A stretch of 64,000 nt of DNA from Enoplolaimus lenunculus (lineage: Eukaryota). The stretch's first letter is position 1. The number at the start of each line of letters is the position of its first letter. The DNA lies in assembly GCA_030248215.1 (NCBI GenBank), contig JASANG010003345.1, positions 1-64,000 on the forward strand, given 5' to 3'. Below are positions 49,151 through 64,000 of this stretch, in pieces. Under the pieces are notes generated by a model. The model was not told where the DNA came from. It saw only the letters and a program-made list of their open reading frames with translations, and did not search any database. The position numbers and the translations under genes are program-made.

Positions 49151-52100
49151 GTGATGAAAAGATAGGTTAGAATTATACAGCTTCTGGAGAAAATACGTAA
49201 AATGATCAAAAATGTATGGAATTGGTATAATTGCCGGAGGGTTCAGAGGTCAAACTTTTACCATATGGGCTGAACAACAATCTTTAAGCCCCAAAATTCA
49301 AACCGCTTGCAACTGCGTACACAGGTGCCAATTAAATTAAATAGCATGAAATCCAGTGAATAATCTGCAGCTGCCAGAAACTCAAAGTTGCTTTGTGACC
49401 AAATTTGCGCGAGCCAGTTGCACGTGTATTGCTGCAAAAAATACACGTATGAATAGGGCTTAAAGTAATTTTTATGCTGGAACACAAACATCCACAAACA
49501 GCGTGGTTGCGCTCCTAAGGTACATGATAGTACTAAACAGCTAGGTAAATTGTATAATATGCGTGCTAAAACTTAAAACTTTACCAGTTTTCATTGGTTT
49601 CAAAACTACTTGATATTTAACCAACTGGCGAGTAGATGCTATATATACCAATTTGACAATAGTATACTTTATGAAATGTAACTTTATAAGTTAGAAATAA
49701 ACTAATTTGTTTGAAACAAAATTAATTCACAGTATATTCCTCAATCCTCAGTAGGTTGAGCAGAAAAATTAATATAGAAGAAGCAGCAAAAATTTTCGCG
49801 ACATAAAATAGTTTTGATGCTGTTGAAAATGTTTTAGCTGAGTCGGCGAAAATTTGTGTAATAGTCGGCAGCGCTCTGTTCCTGTCGCTCGGTAGTTGTA
49901 ACCTTGGGAATACCAATAACCATCAAGTCTTTTAAATATATGCCTATAGGATATTAAGCGACTTGTTTTCGTCATATAACAACCGCTATCTTTGCCTGCG
50001 TTCAAGCTAACAAGTGTCATAGAGATATTTTAATATTAAAACTGACAATGAGTTTCAACTTAAATTGGTTTGAATACAATTTTATTTCGACGCTACCATT
50101 TAATTGGCTTGAGCGGATGGATCTCCTCAGCAAACCTTAATCACGTAAAATGACTCGAAACCATATCAAAGCTACAAACTACAAAATGCGTCAAGTATTA
50201 ACAGTTGTCATGACCTTATTTAAAATTCAGGAACGGGCAACTAACAAATTCGTGTCCTGCTAAGAAAAACATTTCTCCAAAATGTGACTTAGTTCCTCTA
50301 AAATGTGTGACATCACTATCGATGATGCATAAGGGGCAAATTAACAAAAATTTAATTCATAGCCGTAAACCATCAGAGATAACCGCTGCGTTGCTCGAAA
50401 TGTCTTTGCCTCGCGTTCTGTAAACGAAAAAATTTTCAACGTCATTTGTAAAATTCTACGATAGTAAAAATTTCCATATATCCATTGAATTTGCCAGGAT
50501 TTTGGACAAAATTAAGCATGTCCTAGAAAAAACTGGTTTCTTGTGTTACAAGCGAAAAACTGCCCAAAAACATTTTAGACAAATTCGCCTAAAAGACAAG
50601 TTTTGACATTCTTGACTCCCCTCCTGGCCCCGAGTTAGCGTACAGCACAACAAAACCGCTTGATGCGTCCATCTATTAGCAATTCTTGATTGCACGGTTG
50701 GTTTTATAGATCAAAGCAAAGTTATGCCGGCTTATTTATTATTCAAAAACACAAACCGCGTCGCATGTGTATTGACTTGTGTAAATTTAGGTTTTGGTTA
50801 CATCACCAGTTTATAGTTTTAATTGCAAAATCCGCAAAAGCTAAACCACTTGATATGTATATGTGTATATGCGTTTCTGCAATATCTATAATCCGTTCTA
50901 AATAAAGCAGACATGCAGCAATTGTTCACGCTTATCAATTGTTTGCGTTCCTAAAAAAACTTGCACGTGTGAACAGGGCTTAAGTCGTTTCATGAAATAA
51001 TTTTTCCGAATTTACTTCTATTTTAGTAAAACCATTACAGTTGTGATTTGATAGTTACCAGTTGGCGTTTTTAAAATTGCCTTTAACGCCTCAAGGTAAA
51101 GCCTTGAGGATATGTATTATGAAAAAGCATTTGAAACAAACTTGCACGCACAGCAGCTGTGGTTTGTATTTTGGTAGTGAGAATTTCGACTGTCGAGGTT
51201 CTAAAATTTGGCATGGCAGCAGAGTAAAATAAAATGCAAAAAATGTGCTAAACTGACACGCTCAAAATCCACGATTACACCACCTTAGACCTGCACGCGG
51301 TATTCCGGTGCGTAACGAATTTCAAAGTGTGGGTAAAATTTGTTAATGTTTACCCACCGAAAGTCGTCCTAATCAACTAGGCACTAAATAATGCAAAAAA
51401 ACTTGGATTTTTAAACTGCTTTTACCGTAAGAGTTAAAAATAAACATTACACTCCTGAATTTTGCTGTTAAAATTGTAAAATAATTGCGGCTTGGAATCA
51501 ACAATATATCTTGTTCGATTTGCAAAAGAAATAAGGGCAGGTAACGGTGAAGAACTTTTGTGCGGGTAACGGGTAGAGAAATTTTGCTCACATATGCCCG
51601 CCGGTCACAATCTTGAAACTACGAACAAAAGTTCTATTGACTCTTTAGAGGAATGTCACCCTGCGTTGCCCCTCCACTTAAACCCATGTTAAAATTTAGG
51701 ATCTTCAAATACCAAAGCGACAACGGTGTTAATCAACCAACCCGTCCGCATCGGTGCCGCTGCTCAAGCTTATCTTGAGGCGGCTTGATGAATGATCAAC
51801 AACAACAACAACAACAGCAACAACAACAGCAACAAGAACAATTAATGGCACATGAACACGCGTGATGCATGCACGCAATATAAGCAGGCAAAATGATACT
51901 AAGACAATTGCTGGTAATTTTACAAATTGTTCACTTATTCAAATAAAGCGGCTATTCTGCGGATCTGCGCATTAAACTCGAAACGGAATTTAGTTTTATG
52001 GTAGGAAAGCTAAAAACAGATCATACACGTAACAAGAAATTATCAATACAGCGGAGACAGCGAGTGTGGTTTTGTTTGCAACAAACGAGTTTAGTAATAA

Positions 52101-54210
52101 TCGAAATAAAACAAAAAGTTTCGCTTAGGGCAAAGCGATTATTATTTAAATTCGTTTGGCACACCGATTTCAAATTTGAGAATGAAAAATATTTTTGTGG
52201 TCCCCCCAAATAGCGGTCCTAAGTTACAGAACAGATATATATATATTATAGAACGAAACATCCTATCGTATCGTATTATATATGTAGGTCACAAACGACC
52301 TAATGCTGCCAATATAATTCAGCAGGGCAAAACTGGCAATTTGTCTTCAAATAAAAGTACTTCTTTTTGTGATTAACTTGAATCCGTTTTAATTGAGACC
52401 CAATATTTATACTTAAAAGTAAACCTTGAACAGTGGTAGTAGTATCTGGAACCCCCCAAAAGTAACAGATGCACCACTATTCAAAGTGTAAATATTATAT
52501 ATCTAATGAAATAATTTTTGGTTATTATATATCTAGCGTCAATGATAAAAAAGTTTAGGTTTCGGTTTCGTTCCTTAATATAAATATTTCCGGTTAGTTT
52601 CCATATCAGAATTTTTTAGTTTCTGTCACCTAGCTGAGCACTCTTCTTCAACGCGGACATATCCACTTTTGGTGCTATTAATAGAAGTGGATAATGCCTA
52701 CGTTGCAGAAGAGTATGCAACTGGGAAAGGACTGTACCCAGCACACGTTGCATTTTTCGCCTACCATTTTTAATTCTGGAGATACAGTTGATCAATTCTC
52801 TTCAGTTTAAGTATTAAACATTTAATTATATATACTTTGAGCTGCTTTGATTATATCTTCAAATGATATTCTTTGTATAATATCGACCCCCTCCAAAAAC
52901 ACCCGAGGTCGAGCCAAAACGCAGCGCACGCCGGTACATTATATGTCAGGCAATAGTGCCTGAGTTACACACGCTTCCAATACAACAATCATCCACTCTT
53001 TGTACTATTTATTAATGTTAATATCTACACTTTATGCTTAATTTTGCGTTATACCTAGGTTAACACCACCAATGACCGCTTAAAAAATATATACACCTAC
53101 GTCCAATGCAGCAGTTTGCTTCGAGCTTAAATTTGTGGACCAAAGGCAGTGCCGAGTTGTAAAAAAATAAGTTAAATTTTGGGACCTAGAGTAAATAGCC
53201 AAAAATTGGTAAACACATAACCAGTCAGTGATATTTTACTGAAAGTCTTAAAATAGTTGGTTCTTGACCATGAATAGAACCACAAAATTTCAAAACCCAA
53301 TAATTTTGCAATTTTGTGTATTGATTTAAAAAAATGTTTCAAAATGAAGCAGTTAGCAATGTTGCCGAACCTTTAAAATATTCAGATCTTTTCGGTTGCA
53401 AATCATAGCTGACAAGCTATTTTAAACGCTCCGCCACAAAACCTGATAATTAAAAAATAAATTGCGAAAATTTGTTTCGGTTCACAACTTCGAAAGAATA
53501 AGCGGCAAGGAATTAAACAAAAAACAAACTATTGAATTTCGAGCAAACATGAATGCAGATGTAAAAAAATTGGCTAAAAACAAAGGTATGTGTGAAACAA
53601 CACTTTCGTTTGCGTCAAGGTGGCGCCCGTTGATGATACAGAGAATATATAAACTTTACGAAAAACTTTCGTATTTTAAATATGATTTATTCAATAAATC
53701 AGAACATTGCTGAACCTGGCGAGTAAATGGCACTTTCACTTTTTTCCACAACCGCAGAATCAGTTTACGCTTTGCTTTTTAACACAGTTATGTTTTGTTT
53801 TGAAAGTTGAGTAAAAATAAAGTTTTTTACTTTGTTGCGCTTTTCGAAAGAAAATTTCAGTTTTGGTGAAGTTTTCGTCTTAGTTAAAGCTGAAGTATTC
53901 TTGTGAAAAACGGTATATATCGACAAGCGTAGGGTACACCCTGCAAGTGCGTCAGCTGTCGAAAATTGGCATCTGCCAGCTAGCTGCACACAAACTACCG
54001 GGTTGAGTCCGGTAAAAAAGTTGCTAATTGTACTTTCTGTGTTACACGAATTTAATACGTTTAGTTCAAAACTAACTCGTCCACTTGAACATGGCTATTT
54101 ATGTACGATGATCACCTGATGCGGGGTTCACGTTATAACTGGGGCAACTTGGAACACGTTTTGTCTCTATTACAATAACGGGTAACATTTTGTATGCACA
54201 TCTATCCGCT

Positions 54211-54604
54211 CAGTGGCGGATCCAGGATATCAAAATGGGGGGGGGCAAAATTTCGCAGGCAATAAACTTACTTTTGACCCATATTGTAGTGACCCAAATA
54301 CGAGGGGAATTTCCATTTTGAGTCCCAATTAAAAGGAATCCGCATCCCTAATAAGAGTCCGTAAGCGGACATAGTGTCTAAGCCGTAATTAGAGACCATA
54401 AATGTCTATTATCCCTAATTGTAGCGCATAAATGACTCCAGGGCCAAATATAGGTGAGTTCGAAACTTTAAAGTGCTTATTATTATTGTGTATAAAACAG
54501 AGAAATAAACAGCGTAGAACAGCAATTGACACTATATAATTTTTGTTGAGATGCTGTTGAGGGAGGCCACGGCCGGGGTGGGGCCCCCCGTGGATCCGCC
54601 ATTG
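54211..54604. mobile_element. hAT-type MITE containing a family A fragment
   Basis: CAGTGGCGGATCCA...TGGATCCGCCATTG with exact TSD TATCCGCT. Confidence 0.85.
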
Positions 54605-56941
54605 TATCCGCTATCAAATTCAAAAAAGTTTGAATTGCCTCCTATCATGATGTTTACATTCACGGTTTGTTTGTATACTGCAATGTCATATATGATATTC
54701 GAAATATTGCTAGTCGATATCATATGACATGTTTTGATGTCTGCAAGGTTGTGGTAAACTAGCATGAACGTCCTGTAGTATATCATATGATACTAAATTT
54801 GAATTACTCTTACTTTAGGAATATATTTAGGAAAACTTTCCACCAGAAACAGAAAAATACAGCTTATTCAGTATTCTAAATCACTCAAAGCTACATTTAT
54901 CTTACCTTTTATTATATTACTGTATTGACCAGAATAAGAGGGGGTCCCCATTTTGAGTCCCGATCAATAGGAGTGCGTATCTCTAATAAGAGTCCGTAAG
55001 CGGATAGAGTGCTTAAACCTTAATGAGTCCATAAATATCAATGATCCATAATCGTAGCGCATAAATGACTACAGGACCAAACAATTTGACTTCGAAACGT
55101 TAAAGGAGAAGTCAAATAAATATCAGTCCCCCCTCTTATTCGGGTCAATACTGCACCATATCATACGGTGTTCGAATATCAAATGATATTCGCATAAAAA
55201 TGTTCCGTGGTATCATATGACATAAGTACGGCTGTTTGTATACGATGATTAGTGGATATCACGGCATAGACAAAGGGTGTTCCGGACTGGGCAGCTATGA
55301 GAAAAACACTTCGCGCAACTTAATGTATTTTACAAAATAACATTTCGAATACACTCGATCAATGACTGTATCCATTTTGCTGCTTGAACTTTTTATTCTT
55401 TCCTTCAGCTTCTTAGATTCAGATTTCGAGCTAACTTTGAATAAAAATTAATACCTAAACACAGAGTAAATAGTATTTTATTTATTTAGTCAGATTAAAT
55501 AACCGCTCACAACAAACACGAAACGTTAACTTTACTAATATGTATGCATACAAAACACAAGTTATCAAATACAATGCTTTCAAATATTTGGTAGGTCCTG
55601 GAAATAAACCTGTATCACAATGATCCCGATTTGGGCATCAAAAAATGGGTTTGCCATATTTTTTATTTTCTTCCGAAGGATGGGAAAAACGAAAAACGTT
55701 TTAAAATATTTAAATTGTATCAAATTTCTCGGAAAACGGCAAAAAATTGTTTTTAAAATGTTTCTGCTTGTGTTCACTCTTGTCGAAGATAGAGCTGAAT
55801 TAAAAACATACGAAAATTCAATTTACTCAAATGGAGGCCACATTTACGATATTTTTATTGAAGCTTCCTACCTGTATGTTCTTAAAATAATTGCTACATA
55901 TTACATATTAATTCTGTTGCTTTTCGCTTGATATAACATCGTGACACTTTTGTGATGGTGTATATATCTTTGCTTGTCATGTGTTGTTATAACCTTGATC
56001 TATACTTAGTAAAACAATCCAGTGATTTTCTTAGTATCATTTTGGCACCAGATTTAACAACATCCGGTAACGTCTTGACATTTGTTGAAGTAAGGGCGCA
56101 TATTGTTCAATTTTTCCGTTTTCTCCAGAAAACCGATTATTTCCGATAGATTCAATTTTTTTCAGGAAAAGCTTAAATGAAATTCTGGGCAAAAATTGCA
56201 ATGCAAAATCATATTATATCATGGTTGTGATGTGAATCAGTGAAAGTTATATCGTTTTATTCTGGAAAATCCTTTTTACTTCTTATCCTATAGTAACACG
56301 CGAAAAGTAATTCAATAAATTAATTCAAACGCATGAACTCGGCTGCAACTGAAGGGGTGCCTCCGGCTCACCGGTAGATATTCGACCTCTGGCTCGAATG
56401 TGGTAGAATTTCTGCCCGAGGTTCGGGTAATTTCGGTATTGAAATTTTGTAAAATTTGTTTATTTTGTGCATTTCGTTTTAACTATTGGTAAATTTTTGA
56501 GGGAAAAATTGTCGAGACTTCGTAGAAATATAAAACCAAAAAATGAACAACACTTTACAGATAGTAGCTTAAATTAGCGAATTAATATTTTAACTACCTA
56601 ATTTCACCTTAATGCCGGTTTTAGCATTTGTATTTTATTTTAGGTAGCACTTTGGTGTGATTAACCCAGCTTTGAAAAAACAGCTTATTTAAAGCATATT
56701 GTTGCTGAAAATATATCGCACAAAGCAAACTTTGAACTGCACGCATACTTCGAATTGTACAACGCTTCGTGCTGGGTTTCAGAATATGCTTCATGTACTA
56801 TTACACTCCCGAACCATAACAAGCCAGCATTCATACTGCAGTTATCCCACACTTTCAGCAACCAACTTTCAGTACAAGAAGCAATTATAGCCCTATCACA
56901 ATCCGTACATATGTACATAATTACATACGAAATATTAATAA

Positions 56942-63947
<7,006 letters not shown>

Positions 63948-64000
63948 CTGAAATCAAAACACACGAACCAGGTATTTCATTACGATACGTACAGAATCTT

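Noticed and set aside
33270..56900. ZEB autoregulatory CACCTG/CAGGTG clusters
   Set aside because: Only scattered single sites are visible, with no obvious enrichment or paired arrangement.

Overview
AT-rich, intron-rich, repeat-rich eukaryotic DNA. It is probably from a nematode (TTAGGC telomere-type repeats, TTTCAG acceptors, zag-1-type ZEB architecture), but this is inference. I reconstructed spliced genes by hand: a terminal exon of an unidentified membrane protein (+), DNAJC2/MPP11 (18 exons, +), an intronless FABP (+), an intronless MRPL18 (+), a ZEB/zag-1 zinc-finger homeobox gene with poly-Asn tracts (-), and the 3' part of cullin-4 (-). About 23 kb between ZEB and CUL4 has no recognisable gene. 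Non-coding DNA is dense in non-autonomous DNA transposons: hAT-type with 8-bp TSDs, TA-flanked MITEs, a Helentron-like element and a piggyBac-like insert. Three things stand out. (1) A TTAGGC array sits between two copies of a 48-bp exon-end/splice-donor segment of the ZEB gene, and a similar older structure occurs in CUL4. (2) An abundant GGCC-ended, 8-bp-TSD MITE family carries TTAGGC repeats internally. (3) Transposon insertions are nested several layers deep. Most short ORFs in the track are spurious. All coordinates were counted by eye and may be off by a few bases.
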